This document shows positions 1-10,906 of a DNA stretch of 64,000 nt, piece after piece. Source of the stretch: Kiritimatiellia bacterium. Lineage in GTDB: Bacteria > Verrucomicrobiota > Kiritimatiellia > RFP12 > UBA3636. The notes under the pieces are model-generated. The model had not been told where the DNA came from, did not search any database, and saw only the letters and a list, made by a program, of their open reading frames with translations. The stretch is taken from positions 149-64,148 of the forward strand of contig JAZNPC010000010.1 in the NCBI GenBank assembly GCA_045589455.1. The letters run 5' to 3'. The position numbers and the translations under genes are program-made. Every line of letters begins with the position of its first letter. Positions within the stretch are counted from its first letter, which is position 1.

Positions 1-98
1 GAAATCGCTAACGGAAATCATTTTTTGCTTGCAAAAATTACCGAAAAGGTGGAAAATTAAAGCATCTAAATTAAGTTATTTAAAAAAAGGATTTCAAA

Positions 99-1112
99 AT
101 GGCTGACATAGATTGGACAAAATTAGGCTTTGGTTATAGAGACACAAATTGTCATATTCGTTATACATGGAGAGACGGTAAGTGGGATAATGGCGAGCTT
201 GTGAAGGAGCCTTTTATCAATTTGCATATTGGTGCAGCATGCCTACACTACGGACAGGAAGCATTCGAGGGGATGAAGGCATTCCGTTGCAAGGACGGTA
301 AGGTGCGTATTTTTAGACCATTTGAAAATGCAAATCGTATGTTCCGTACAGCAAATCGTGCTTGCATGGCACCTGTTCCACCAGAGATGTTCGTTGATGC
401 AGTAAAGCGTGTAGTTCGAGCCAATGAAGAATTTGTTCCTCCATATGGTACAGGTGGCTCACTTTATATTCGCCCTCTATTGATTGGCTCTGGTATTCAG
501 ATTGGTGTTGCTCCTGCTAAGGAATACACATTTATCGTGATGGTAATGCCTGTTGGTGCATATTATAAGGGAGGTTTAAAGCCTGTCCGTGCAATTATTT
601 ATGATGAGTTCGATCGTGCAGCCCCTCTTGGAACTGGTGATATTAAGATTGGTGGCAACTATGCGGCAAGCCTTTATGCTCACGAAAAGGCAAAGGCAGC
701 TGGCTACCCAGTAGAGCTATACTTGGATTCAAAGAGCCATACATACGTAGAAGAGTTTGCTACATCAAACTTTTTGGGAATTAAGAAGGATGGAACTTAT
801 GTAACGCCAGATTCAACATCAGTATTGCCAAGTGTTACAAATCTAACACTAAAGCAGATTGCTGCCGACTCTGGGCGCAAGGTTGAGGTTCGCCCAATCC
901 CATTTACAGAGCTAGAAGATTTTGCTGAGATAGCAGCTTGTGGTACAGCTGTTGTTGTAACTCCAGTTTATGAGATAACACGCGGAGACAAGGTTATTAC
1001 ATTAGGTGATAGTGATTCTTGTGGTCCTGTTGTTCAGGAGTTATACGAAAAGGTACAAGCAATCCAGTATGGCGAAGCACCTGATATTTACGGTTGGTGC
1101 GAAGAAATTTAA
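99..1112 (+). CDS. ilvE: Branched-chain amino acid aminotransferase (class IV PLP enzyme)
   Basis: 337-aa ORF with full-length BCAT-like sequence (EGMKAFR, GGNYAASL, ACGTAVV segments). AAGGA Shine-Dalgarno lies just upstream of the ATG. Confidence 0.9.
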   Translation: MADIDWTKLGFGYRDTNCHIRYTWRDGKWDNGELVKEPFINLHIGAACLHYGQEAFEGMKAFRCKDGKVRIFRPFENANRMFRTANRACMAPVPPEMFVDAVKRVVRANEEFVPPYGTGGSLYIRPLLIGSGIQIGVAPAKEYTFIVMVMPVGAYYKGGLKPVRAIIYDEFDRAAPLGTGDIKIGGNYAASLYAHEKAKAAGYPVELYLDSKSHTYVEEFATSNFLGIKKDGTYVTPDSTSVLPSVTNLTLKQIAADSGRKVEVRPIPFTELEDFAEIAACGTAVVVTPVYEITRGDKVITLGDSDSCGPVVQELYEKVQAIQYGEAPDIYGWCEEI

Positions 1113-1189
1113 GTGCCAAGCTTTAACCTAAGATAATATATTTATTTCTTTACCCAGGAGGGTAGCGAAGCCACTCGGTGTTTCTAGGG

Positions 1190-2160
1190 AGAGAGACGCG
1201 AGACAATTAGACAGTGAAAAGCTAATTGTTGTTAGTCGCGTTGCTTATTGCTTTCGCCTAACACGGACACACATAGTGTGATTTTTACGGAGGACAATGG
1301 AGAATTGTACTAGCTTCCAATACTCCAAGAATCCCTCCGTGCCTCCTTACCTCTTTTTTCTCCGCGTTTCGCCGAAGGCTATAGCGAGAGCGCTTAAATA
1401 GTTGCACTTATTGCTTTCGCCTAACACGGAGGCTGGGGAGAACGGAGGCACGGAGAGGTTTGGGAAGATATTGGAGAAAGGGACTACAGCCCTTTGTGTG
1501 CTGACAGTATGACAGTTTGACAGAGCAGATGAGGGTGGCTTTGCCGCCCTAGACTCCCAACTGTCAAACTTTCCAACTCGCCCACTCGCAAACTGTCAAA
1601 CTTTCCAACACCTAAACAGTTCCATTTTTTTTGTATAGTTTGACAGTATGACAGTTTGATAGAGAAGATGAAGGTGGCTTTGCCGCCCTAGACCCCCAAC
1701 TGTCAAACTTTCCAACTCGCCCACTCGCAAACTGTCAAACTTTCCAAGCCTCAACACCTAAAAAGTTCCATTTTTTTATAGTTTGACAGTATGATAGTAT
1801 GACAGTTTGAGAGAGAAGATGAAGGTGGCTTTGCAGCCTCTCGCTTTCTCCCAAAACCCCATCACCCCTCCGTGCCTCCGTTCTCTTTATCCTCCGCGTT
1901 TCGCCGAAGGCTCAAGCGAGAGCGTTTAAATCGTTTCACTCATTGCTTTCGCCTAACACGGAGTACGGAGGTAAGGAGGAAAACTGCAAACAATAAAAAC
2001 CCCAGCAACTCTCCGTGTCTCCGTTCTCATGAAAATCACACTACGTGTGCTCCGCGTTTCGCCGAAGGCTATAGCGTCAGCTTGAAATCTGTCTTGTCGT
2101 CTAGCGTCTAACGTCACGATAGTCTTATCGTCTAATTGTCCTTGCGATAGTGCTTTAACA
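1190..2160. repeat. Mosaic of GC-rich intergenic repeat modules (left composite flanking the adhesin gene)
   Basis: Modules recur here and at 6561-7880 in the same order and orientation. Module A is 'tccgcgtttcgccgaaggct..agcgtttaaatcg..ttgctttcgcctaacacgga' (1361-1432, 1893-1963, partial 2049-2085). Module B is 'ggctggggagaacggag..tttgggaagatattggagaaaggg' (1431-1500). Module C is the 'tgacagtatgacagtttgacag...caactgtcaaactttccaac' units. ORFs in the track across this region are repeat-derived. Confidence 0.85.
1502..1850. repeat. Tandem array of a ~138-144-bp unit (about 2.3 copies) inside the mosaic
   Basis: Unit starts ('tgacagtatgacagttt') are at 1502, 1640 and 1784. Each unit contains TGACAG words and, downstream, their complements (ctgtcaaac), so it can fold into a long hairpin. 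It ends in a T7-8 run. Confidence 0.85.
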
Positions 2161-2359
2161 CCACGATTTAACATATTGCTTTTTCCCCCATGAGGGGGGC
2201 GACAATGACTCCGACTCTATAATGCTCTGTATTCTAGTTGCTTATCCAAGCACTTGTATGTGTTTAAGTGAAATTTCTTGACAAATATATGGTTGCTTAT
2301 GGTATTATTCAATCATAGTGAAATTTACTTTCTATATGATTATACTTGTGAGGTTAAAT

Positions 2360-5300
2360 ATGAAATTGTTAGAAAAATTTTTACTAGTTATACTTTGTTC
2401 CGTTAGTGTAATAACTCTTGCAGATACTACATATCGTGCTGGCTTACTCCAGAGTAAATTAAATCTTCAAAATAATGCAACTGGGGCTTTACCAACAGTA
2501 GACCTTGAACGCGTGCCTGGAACAGTAATGGCAAATATTTATGTCCCTAATGATAATGATGCTCCCAATGTTGGCTATTATAATGAATGGACTGGTAATA
2601 CAACATACTACAATACTCAAAATACGACCTTCGGTTATGCTGGACAAATGTGGTTTGTCAAAGATATCGAATATGTTTTTGGTAAGTATTTTGATGATTT
2701 CGGCTATGTGAAAATAGGTGATTCGGTAATCATTAACAACTCAAATTGGGAAGCTTTTGCTGTAGGTAATTTTACTCCAACTAGAACAGGATGGTATGAT
2801 GTAGAGTTTCGTGTTGGTGATGGAAATGGTGGTAAGGGCCCTAATGGTGGTGATTGGGGGCGCGATTTGGGTCTTGCTTGGAATACTAATGGTGTTACAA
2901 CTATGTCACCAAAGGATTCTTGGAATAAGATTGAAGACGATGGCTCAATGACATTTCTTCGCTGTATCACAGATGAAACCTTTGGAACACTAACTGATCT
3001 TAAACTAACAGATACAGGAGTTGATTTTTATATAACTGCTCCTGAAGTTTCAGATGTTTCTGCTACAATTTATTTTGGCTCAACAACGGGCATATTAGGC
3101 GATCCTTCCTCTTGGCAAAATGCATCCCAAACAGTAAATATTCCTGCTGGGGAAACGGGTGTCGTTGCCATTGAATGTACTGAAGGAGATTACCCTTTGT
3201 TTACAATATGTTGTTGTGGCGAATACAACGGAAATTTTGAACAATGGACTCCTGTTGTTTCCTCAGGAACATCTGCAACAGCTATTATTTCTGTAGCAGA
3301 TGTTCAATACACAAATGCAACTTGTGTGGTTACAATTGATAGCCTAGGAACTGGAGCAGAAATAGCAGATTTGTCTATAGAAATTAGTGAAACACCAGAT
3401 TTTGCTGGTGCTATACAATCAATTCCTTATGGTTCACAAATTTCAGATATTGGTCAATATTCTGTTGGGATTCCGAGCCTTTCAACTAATTGTATGTATT
3501 GGGCTCGTGCAGTTGTCGTAAATAATTTAGGTTCAACATTTCGTAGCAATCCAATCGATTTCAAGACTTTGTTGCCTGGTACACCTGTGTGTGGAATAGA
3601 GGCTCTTTCTAGAAGCTTTACTTCATTTACATTTGATCTGTCTGTCTCTGAATTTGGTGTAGGTGGAGAAAATGCAACAATTTCATTAGAGGTGTCAGAG
3701 ACAGAGGATTTCTCAGAAAAACTTACCTTTGGTGAAGCCTTTGTAACTAGTGCTCCTATAAAGAAATCAATTACGGCTACTAATTTGGACCCAGCTAAAA
3801 CCTATTATGTTCGAGGTAAGATTGTAAATTTCTGGGGAGTTGAGAATTTTTCTTTGACAGAAATTTTTTCCACAACAGATACTCCTGTAAAAATGTCTCA
3901 AATTTCATCAGTGTCTGGAGAAAATAATTCGGTTGTGCTCTCAATTAGTTCTATTGAGATGACTCCAGGCACAACCTATAATGTTGCATTCTATGTTGAC
4001 GGAAGGGTGATTGAAACTTTTGAGAATATGACTACACTTTCCTCTTTTTCTACAGAGTGGAGTGGTGCAAAAGGGTCTGAACATGAGTTAAAGATTGTTG
4101 TTGATTGCCTTTGGGGTGAAGAACAGTATTCTAATGAGTATTTGACAACCTTTATTGTTGGCTCATCAGTTGTCGGACTTGACTCAATCTCAAGCCTATC
4201 TACACAGGTATTGTTTGTTGGAGATAAAATAATGCTTCCAGAAGCAATAGGCACAGAGTTCTATAGCTGGAATACAAATTCAGTAATTAATGTTAATGGT
4301 AATGTTGTAAGTACATTAGAACCAGGCTGCAACATATTCAGACTTATAGCAAATGACAGTATAACAGGAGAAAGAACAGTAAAGGAAACTGGTATACTAA
4401 TTGTTGCTCCTGCACGAGAAACAATTAAAGGAGGTTTGTTCGTCCGTAGTGCTGATGGTAATTTTGATTGGAATAAGGCAGAGTCATGGGAGAGAATTTT
4501 AGGTACCAGCGACTATCCAAATAATCCAGACGATGTCGTTATGATTTATGGAGAGTTCTCTGGAGATAGAACAATCAATTTGAAGGAGGACATAACGATT
4601 GGATATTTGGGGGTAGGCGATTTGTCTACAAACAATAGAAAAGTAACACTTGGATCCTCTGGGTCACTAACGTTTAAAACCTCTGATGGAACAGCCTCGT
4701 GGATACGTTTGCCAGGAAAAATTAGTAATCCATGGATAGCATTTAATCGACCTGTTTCAATGGAGAATGATTTAGTTATTGATGGAATGTGTGGAGAAAG
4801 AATGCTTATTGATTTCTCGTCAACACTGACGGTTAATGAGTATCGTCTTTCCGCTACTCGTGTTGAGTGGTATGGTGGTGGGGCAGAATTTACTGATGGA
4901 CAATTTAGGCTTTATGGAGATGTTATTGGCTCTGGAATTATAGAAATTTATGCTAATACATTGATGACGCATAGAAATGTAAATACCAAATCATTCACAG
5001 GTATATGGAAAATTATGAATGGCCCTCATGATGGAAATTATGGTGGTGCAGGTCTATTTTTAGGTGGCACATATCTTTATAATGCAAAAGAATTGATAAT
5101 CGGCGGTGCATGGATGTCAAACAAAGAACGCCGTCTGGGTGCAAATGTTCAAACGGGTTGGCATAATGGATATCAATACGGAGCAATGACAAATGAGTGG
5201 AAAAATGTATTCCCTTCTCATGTTGTCATAGATGGAGGTAGGTTGCAGCTACTAAACGAAGGTCCTTTGGGCGGTGCTTCTTATAATGCGTATGTTGCAA

Positions 5301-6415
5301 CAGGTATTAGAGAGGATTATTTGGAAACAGATACATTGGAAATATCAAGTGGTCCAATGGGTAGCCTAGTCTCGAAGGTTGCAAAGCATCATCCTGGTAC
5401 ATATCCAAATGTAACTTCCACGATAACAAATCTTGTAGTAAGGAAGGGTGGTTCTGTTGCATTTGATATAAATACTATAGATAATGCTGGCTCTGCATAC
5501 CCTTTACTTACAAATTCAATGTATGTGGTTAATTCGCCAGAAGGTGTTTGGACTTCTCCCGATGGCTCCTATCAGGTGCTCCAATTCTTTAGCAAGAATA
5601 TTGAAGCAGAGACACATTATATTGCAATAAGAGATACTGCTACAGGAAAGATTAGCTTAACCAACTCCGTTACAACGAGGGGCTCATCGGGTAATTTCCG
5701 CGTTATTGATAAGTGGGACAATCCTAAAGAGGAAAGCTTCCCTGATGGGACAGAGTTTGTTTCCCTTTCTCTTTATCAAGAACGCAAGGTTGTTTTCTCT
5801 GAGCCAAATGCAACCATTAAGATTCTTTCTGGGTATTTGACAATGCCACATAATTCAGAATTTGGTAAATTGGATGATCCAAATACAGAAAGTGGAACTC
5901 TTGATTTTGGTGAAATAACTGGATATGTTTATTCAAGCTTCCAAAATAATTCTCCAGCAAAAATCGGGTGCAGAATTGTGGGCTCAAATGGATTGGTAAA
6001 ATCTGCTGGTGGAAAACTTGAATTATACCAACCATTGGATCAATTGTCTGGCGGTGTTTATGTAAATTGTGGTAGCCTAATTATGAAGAATGCCGCGACC
6101 TTTGGTGAAAATGATGTATATGTTTACGCAGGAGGAAAGGTAAGTATTTCTGGACAAAATCCGTTTAACACTAGAGCTACGCTTTATCTTGAAGAGCGTG
6201 ATTGGCTTCCTTGTTATAGTAAGCTTGATTTAGCAACAAGCGAGGAGGTAAAGGTTGGCAAGCTAATGGTAAATGGAACTTCTGTTCCTCGTGGTACTTA
6301 TGGTTCATCGCTCTCAAATGCAGAATTTGTAGATGACAATTTGTTTGAGGGTACAGGTGTAATAAAAGTATTAAGTGATGATTGCTTGCAACCAACTATT
6401 ATATTGATGAAGTAA
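2360..6415 (+). CDS. Large secreted surface/adhesin-like protein (signal peptide, PA14-like domain, Fn3/Ig-like repeats, beta-helix-type C-terminal half)
   Basis: ORF 2318-6415. I prefer the ATG at 2360 (GAGG upstream, then MKLLEKFLLVILCSVSVITLA signal-like N-terminus). There is a PA14-like stretch (GYVKIGDSVIINNSNWEAFAVGNFTPTRTGWYDVEFRVGDGNGG). Two ~100-aa repeats carry 'SETxDF...Y.(A/V)R..(V/I)VN' signatures. The C-terminal half has G/N-rich beta-strand repeats (GGKLELYQPLDQLSGGVYVNCGSLIMKN). Confidence 0.7.
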   Translation: MKLLEKFLLVILCSVSVITLADTTYRAGLLQSKLNLQNNATGALPTVDLERVPGTVMANIYVPNDNDAPNVGYYNEWTGNTTYYNTQNTTFGYAGQMWFVKDIEYVFGKYFDDFGYVKIGDSVIINNSNWEAFAVGNFTPTRTGWYDVEFRVGDGNGGKGPNGGDWGRDLGLAWNTNGVTTMSPKDSWNKIEDDGSMTFLRCITDETFGTLTDLKLTDTGVDFYITAPEVSDVSATIYFGSTTGILGDPSSWQNASQTVNIPAGETGVVAIECTEGDYPLFTICCCGEYNGNFEQWTPVVSSGTSATAIISVADVQYTNATCVVTIDSLGTGAEIADLSIEISETPDFAGAIQSIPYGSQISDIGQYSVGIPSLSTNCMYWARAVVVNNLGSTFRSNPIDFKTLLPGTPVCGIEALSRSFTSFTFDLSVSEFGVGGENATISLEVSETEDFSEKLTFGEAFVTSAPIKKSITATNLDPAKTYYVRGKIVNFWGVENFSLTEIFSTTDTPVKMSQISSVSGENNSVVLSISSIEMTPGTTYNVAFYVDGRVIETFENMTTLSSFSTEWSGAKGSEHELKIVVDCLWGEEQYSNEYLTTFIVGSSVVGLDSISSLSTQVLFVGDKIMLPEAIGTEFYSWNTNSVINVNGNVVSTLEPGCNIFRLIANDSITGERTVKETGILIVAPARETIKGGLFVRSADGNFDWNKAESWERILGTSDYPNNPDDVVMIYGEFSGDRTINLKEDITIGYLGVGDLSTNNRKVTLGSSGSLTFKTSDGTASWIRLPGKISNPWIAFNRPVSMENDLVIDGMCGERMLIDFSSTLTVNEYRLSATRVEWYGGGAEFTDGQFRLYGDVIGSGIIEIYANTLMTHRNVNTKSFTGIWKIMNGPHDGNYGGAGLFLGGTYLYNAKELIIGGAWMSNKERRLGANVQTGWHNGYQYGAMTNEWKNVFPSHVVIDGGRLQLLNEGPLGGASYNAYVATGIREDYLETDTLEISSGPMGSLVSKVAKHHPGTYPNVTSTITNLVVRKGGSVAFDINTIDNAGSAYPLLTNSMYVVNSPEGVWTSPDGSYQVLQFFSKNIEAETHYIAIRDTATGKISLTNSVTTRGSSGNFRVIDKWDNPKEESFPDGTEFVSLSLYQERKVVFSEPNATIKILSGYLTMPHNSEFGKLDDPNTESGTLDFGEITGYVYSSFQNNSPAKIGCRIVGSNGLVKSAGGKLELYQPLDQLSGGVYVNCGSLIMKNAATFGENDVYVYAGGKVSISGQNPFNTRATLYLEERDWLPCYSKLDLATSEEVKVGKLMVNGTSVPRGTYGSSLSNAEFVDDNLFEGTGVIKVLSDDCLQPTIILMK

Positions 6416-6515
6416 TAATCATATTATCCGTTTACAGCAAGCTAGTGCTATCGCACCAGAGCCGTAAACTAAACAGTGCTCTGCTTTTGCTATTGCAACT
6501 AGAGTGCCTCTCAAG

Positions 6516-6554
6516 GAGCCAATTCATTGACTGTGTCAGTTAATGAATTGGCTC
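6516..6554 (+). terminator. Stem-loop downstream of the adhesin gene (candidate intrinsic terminator)
   Basis: Perfect 13-bp inverted repeat gagccaattcatt / aatgaattggctc, followed by ttctcgtt, about 100 nt after the stop at 6415. Confidence 0.5.
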
Positions 6555-6560
6555 TTCTCG

Positions 6561-7880
6561 TTCCATGGGTGTCGGGTGATTGTCCTTGTGCTAGTGCTTT
6601 GTTGTGATGCGAGACTTTAGACGTTGAACGGACGCGAGACAATCAAACGTTGAAAGCTAATTGTCGTTAGTCGCGTTGCTTGTTGCTTTCGCCTAACACG
6701 GACACACATAGTGTGATTTTTACGGAGGACAAGGGAGCATTGTGCCAACAATCATTCCAGTACCCCAATCACCCCTCCGTGTCTCCGTTCCTCCAGAAAA
6801 CCACACTACGTGTGCTCCGTGTTTCGCCGATGGCTCAAGCGAGAGCGTTTAAATCGTTACACTTGTTGCTTACGCTCAACACGGAGTACGGAGGTAAATG
6901 GAGTACTATACTAACAATCATTATAATAACCCCAGCACCTCTCCGTGTCTCCGTTCTCTTAATCCTCCGCGTTTCGCCGAAGGCCACAGCGGGAGCGTTT
7001 AAATCGTTGCACTCGTTGCTTTCGCCTAACACGGAGACGCGGAGGCGCGGACAAAAGTGCTAGCAATCATTAACAACAACCCCATAACTCCCTCCGTGCC
7101 TCTGAGCCTCTTAATCCTCCGCGTTTCGCCGAAGGCTAGAGCGGGAGCGTTTAAATCGTTTCACTCATTGCTTACGCCTAACACGGAGGCTGGGGAGAAC
7201 GGAGACGCGGAGAGGTTTGGGAAGATATTGGAGAAAGGGGCTACAGCCCTTTGCGTGCTGACAGTATGACAGTTGGAGAGTGAAGATGAGGGTGGCTTGC
7301 CGCCCTAGACCCCCAACTGTCAAACTTTCCAACTCGCCCACTCGCAAACTGTCAAACTTTCCAACACCTAAACAGTTCCATTTTTTTATAGTTTGACAGT
7401 TTGACAGTATGATAGTATGACAGTTAGATAGTTGGAGAGAGAAGATGAAGGTGGCTTTGCCTCCTCTCGCTTTCTCCCCAAACCCCAGCACCTCTCCGTG
7501 TCTCCGTTCCTCCAGAAAACCACACTACGTGTGCTCCGCGTTTCGCCGAAGGCTAGAGCGCCAGCGACAAATCACTCAGCTGCGTACCCATCATCCGTGC
7601 AAATTTGTGCAAATTCGTGTTCGCGCCGCAGGCCTGAGCGTCAGCGTTTAAATCGTTGCACTCGTTGCTTTCGCTCAACACGGAGTACGGAGAAAAGGGC
7701 GCATTGTGCTAATCGTTTCACTCGTTGCTTTCGCTTAACACGGACACACATAGTGTGATTTTTACGGAGGTAAGGAGAATTGTGCTAGCAATCATTCCAA
7801 TACCCCAGAATATTCTCCGTGCCTCTGAGCCTCTTAATCCTCCGCGTTTCGCCGAAGGCTCAAGCGAGAGCGTTTAAATC
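6561..7880. repeat. Mosaic of GC-rich intergenic repeat modules (right composite flanking the adhesin gene)
   Basis: Same module set and order as 1190-2160. Module A copies lie at 6815-6886, 6965-7036 and 7117-7186, with partial or variant copies at 7535-7560, 7617-7690, 7700-7770 and 7841-7880. Module B is at 7189-7257. Module C units run 7258-7480. Confidence 0.85.
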
Positions 7881-8012
7881 AATCCTATCTGTGTTTCTGC
7901 GGGAGATAATATTGCGAAGCTCATTGTTATACAGAGTTGTTGACATACTATAATTTAAAGTGGTAACATATTGCCATATTCAATGTTAGATAGTTTTTTA
8001 AGGAAAGAAATT

Positions 8013-10397
8013 ATGAAAAAATTTATATTCTTGATTCTACTTGCTGTGGCAACGTGTTCTTTTGGCGCTTGGAGATATGTTGAAGATCCAGGCAAATGGA
8101 ATAATGCTGGCGATAAATCATATACCGGTTATATCACCGACGATACTACTTGGACTATCTACGTTCTTCAGCTATCTGATGGTACATGGCAGCTAGGTGC
8201 AGGTACATTTGGTGTTGACTATGGCTCTGGAGGTGGTTCTTGTAATGCAGGCAGACCAAGTGGTTCTTTAGAATCAAACCAAAAAACAGACACTGGTATA
8301 GGTTCTGGAGTCTTGGACCTTTGTGAGGCTTTTGACGATTTGCCAGATATGCAATTTACAGCAATCGGTCCTAGATGCTTCTATAATCATAAGCAAATTA
8401 CAGGAATTGTTATTCCTGCAGAAATTAAGGTGCTTAAAACCAGCGCATTTCAAGGCAGTTCTTTGACAAGTATAACATTTGAGGCAGGTTCTCAATTAAC
8501 AACTATTCAGGATTCTGTATTTAGAAGCGCACAAAGCATAAAGATACTTAATCTAAAGGACACAAAATTGGAAAGCATTGGATCTGGTTGCTTTGATGCT
8601 GCATTAGGTTTTAGAGAAATCTCTTTACCAAGCACCTTAACAACTCTTTCAAGCAGTGCTTTCTCTTACATTACAGACTCTGATATGGTATATCATTTCG
8701 CTGGTTCTATTCCAACAAGTATTGGCAGCTCTGCATTTCGTCCTAGAAGCTTAAGTGAAAAAATCAAATGGGCTTTTTACGTTGATGTAAATACAAAAGG
8801 AACTTGGCCAATCAGAACTGATGTTGCATTTGCAGATGCAACTCTTCCTATGGTAGATGGCGTTACTTTTGCCGAAGAAGATTATCTTGGTTATTTGTAT
8901 TTGTCAGATTTGCCTGGCAATAATATTAACAGCCCACAAAAGGTTTGGATATTTAAAGAAGGCGTATTAAGTGCTATAGTTCCTCCTTCTATCTCTGCAA
9001 TTACTCAGACAGGAAGAAAAGATGTTTCCATCGATTTGGCATTGGATATGGGAACTGCAGATGTAGCATCAATGGAAGTAACTCTGAATGATACAACAAT
9101 CACAAAAGAAGGAACAGAAGACGGTACTTACGATTTTTATTTTGATGAACTTTCCCTTGAAACAACATATTCATGGGTTGCAATTCTTAAGGATGCAAAT
9201 GGTGATATTGTTCAACAAATTGTTGGTTCAGCAACAACTCTTCCTCCAGATATTTCTCTAGGTAAAACTTCATATACACAGCCAGCTGATGGTCTTTCAG
9301 CAACTGTATATGTTGAGATTGTTGAATTAAAAGGAGAGTCAGCTGAGATTGCTTTTACCTTTGATGGGAATGACGCCGTGACACAAACAGTTACATCGGC
9401 AGGAAAATATGGTTTTGATGTTACCAATTTGACTTTAGGTGAAAAATATAATTATTCATTTGTGGTTACATCTTCTCAAAATTCAGATGTCGCTTCTATT
9501 AATGGTGTGCTTGAAGCAGATTATTATCATTGGGTTTATACTGCTGCACCGGCAGGAAGTATCCGTAATGGTATGCCATATACAGGTGAACTAACTGATA
9601 GAAATTGGCGTTTATATATCTATTGCCCAGACCCAGAGAAGCCAGATGAGTTTTGGCTAGGCTGTGGTGGTGCAGGAACGTCTGCCACAGACGCAAATGG
9701 TAGAGGTGCTCTTGATCTTACTGCTGTCTATGCTGATACGTTAGCAGCGGGCACACCTGTAAAGATTATAGATGTCAATAGCTTTGCATTTGTAAGTAAT
9801 CAAAATCTTGAGAAGCTTGTCTTGCCTCGATTCACTCAGAATATTAGATCATATACTTTTTATGGATGTAGATCGCTAACAAGTGTTGATTTGTCTAAGA
9901 CACAAATTACTAATATTTCTGCTCGTGCTTTCCAAGATAACTATGGCTGTACAGAGTACTACTTGCCTAGAACATTGGTTAGTGTTGGAGCATGTGCATT
10001 TGCATGGGGTCCAGCCAAGCGTGCAATTCATTTCTTGGGAGATGTCCCAACTGTTGAAATTACAACACAGGCTACAGGTACTGGTAATGTAGGTGGCGAT
10101 CAGTCTTTCTATTCTGGTAATAATAATAATCAATGGGCTTATTGTGTTGATGCAAAGACATATCCACGTTGGAAGACAGATGCGTCCACAATTCTTTATA
10201 CTGATGAGAATCCTTTCCCTGCTGCTAGTGAGCAGACATGGATCCCTGAGAGTGTTCAATATGGCAAAGTGGATGGTTATGCAAAGCCATTTGGTAATTC
10301 TACACTTGGGCGTGGTTGGGATTCCTCTGCATTTGGTCGTGCATATTTGATTCAAGAGAATTACTATAATCCAGCAACAGTATTGATGATATTTTAA
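8013..10397 (+). CDS. BspA-type leucine-rich-repeat surface protein (two LRR blocks separated by Ig-like repeats)
   Basis: ORF 7971-10397. I prefer the ATG at 8013 (AAGGAAAG upstream; MKKFIFLILLAVATCSFGAW signal peptide). LRR_5-like segments are present (AFQGSSLTSITFEAGSQLTTIQDSVF; YTFYGCRSLTSVDLSKTQITNISARAF). Confidence 0.7.
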   Translation: MKKFIFLILLAVATCSFGAWRYVEDPGKWNNAGDKSYTGYITDDTTWTIYVLQLSDGTWQLGAGTFGVDYGSGGGSCNAGRPSGSLESNQKTDTGIGSGVLDLCEAFDDLPDMQFTAIGPRCFYNHKQITGIVIPAEIKVLKTSAFQGSSLTSITFEAGSQLTTIQDSVFRSAQSIKILNLKDTKLESIGSGCFDAALGFREISLPSTLTTLSSSAFSYITDSDMVYHFAGSIPTSIGSSAFRPRSLSEKIKWAFYVDVNTKGTWPIRTDVAFADATLPMVDGVTFAEEDYLGYLYLSDLPGNNINSPQKVWIFKEGVLSAIVPPSISAITQTGRKDVSIDLALDMGTADVASMEVTLNDTTITKEGTEDGTYDFYFDELSLETTYSWVAILKDANGDIVQQIVGSATTLPPDISLGKTSYTQPADGLSATVYVEIVELKGESAEIAFTFDGNDAVTQTVTSAGKYGFDVTNLTLGEKYNYSFVVTSSQNSDVASINGVLEADYYHWVYTAAPAGSIRNGMPYTGELTDRNWRLYIYCPDPEKPDEFWLGCGGAGTSATDANGRGALDLTAVYADTLAAGTPVKIIDVNSFAFVSNQNLEKLVLPRFTQNIRSYTFYGCRSLTSVDLSKTQITNISARAFQDNYGCTEYYLPRTLVSVGACAFAWGPAKRAIHFLGDVPTVEITTQATGTGNVGGDQSFYSGNNNNQWAYCVDAKTYPRWKTDASTILYTDENPFPAASEQTWIPESVQYGKVDGYAKPFGNSTLGRGWDSSAFGRAYLIQENYYNPATVLMIF

Positions 10398-10493
10398 GCT
10401 AAGTGCGTATAATAAGTAATTAACGTTATGCTTCTACCTTATGCTTAATATGCGGGCATTCGTGGAGCATACGTTGATTTGCGTGAACTTTTT

Positions 10494-10526
10494 CGGAGTG
10501 TTGGGGATTCAGCCCCAAACACTCCG
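10494..10526 (+). terminator. Stem-loop about 100 nt downstream of the LRR gene (candidate terminator)
   Basis: cggagtgttgggg-attcag-ccccaaacactccg gives a 13-bp stem with one bulge, followed by tattgcttta. Confidence 0.45.
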
Positions 10527-10906
10527 TATTGCTTTATATACACCTACATACGCTATTGTGTCACCAGCACCACAATATAATCCACACAGGGCATTGCATT
10601 CTCTTAACACAGAGATGGTTGTAATTGCATTTGTGTAATTAAGTTATCCGTGTAAGTCATTCGTGTATGCACATTAGTGCAGTAAAACAGGATTAACAGG
10701 ATTGCTTGCGTTATAGCTTGAAGTGCGAGATTTTGTAATGTTTGGGGTTAGTCAGTGCTATCGCTTCAGGACTGAGCTATTCCGCTATATATTCCCTTAG
10801 TCTTTTAGAAAAATCGGTTGACTGCGGGGTGAGGGTATGGTAGAATCAAATGTGTTTTTTGCTAGTGTAAAGCAAAATGCTAATTTTTTCTAAAAAAGGA
10901 TTATAT

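Noticed and set aside
1502-1850. Possible CRISPR array, suggested by regularly spaced repeats.
   Set aside because: The units are ~140 bp and contiguous, with no unique spacers. There are no 25-40-bp repeat/spacer alternation and no cas genes in the window.
1872-2174. Track ORFs 1872-2111 (+) and 1953-2174 (-) inside the left repeat composite.
   Set aside because: They lie entirely within repeat modules and have no RBS. Their 'peptides' (e.g. ..RVSPKA..AFKS.H.LL.PNTE..) recur wherever the DNA repeat recurs. They are repeat-derived open frames, not genes.
6680-7758. Track ORFs 6680-7063, 6835-7032, 7057-7269, 7165-7491, 7432-7758 and 7445-7651.
   Set aside because: All overlap one another on both strands within the right repeat composite. 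They mirror the DNA repeats and have no start context. I treat them as non-coding.
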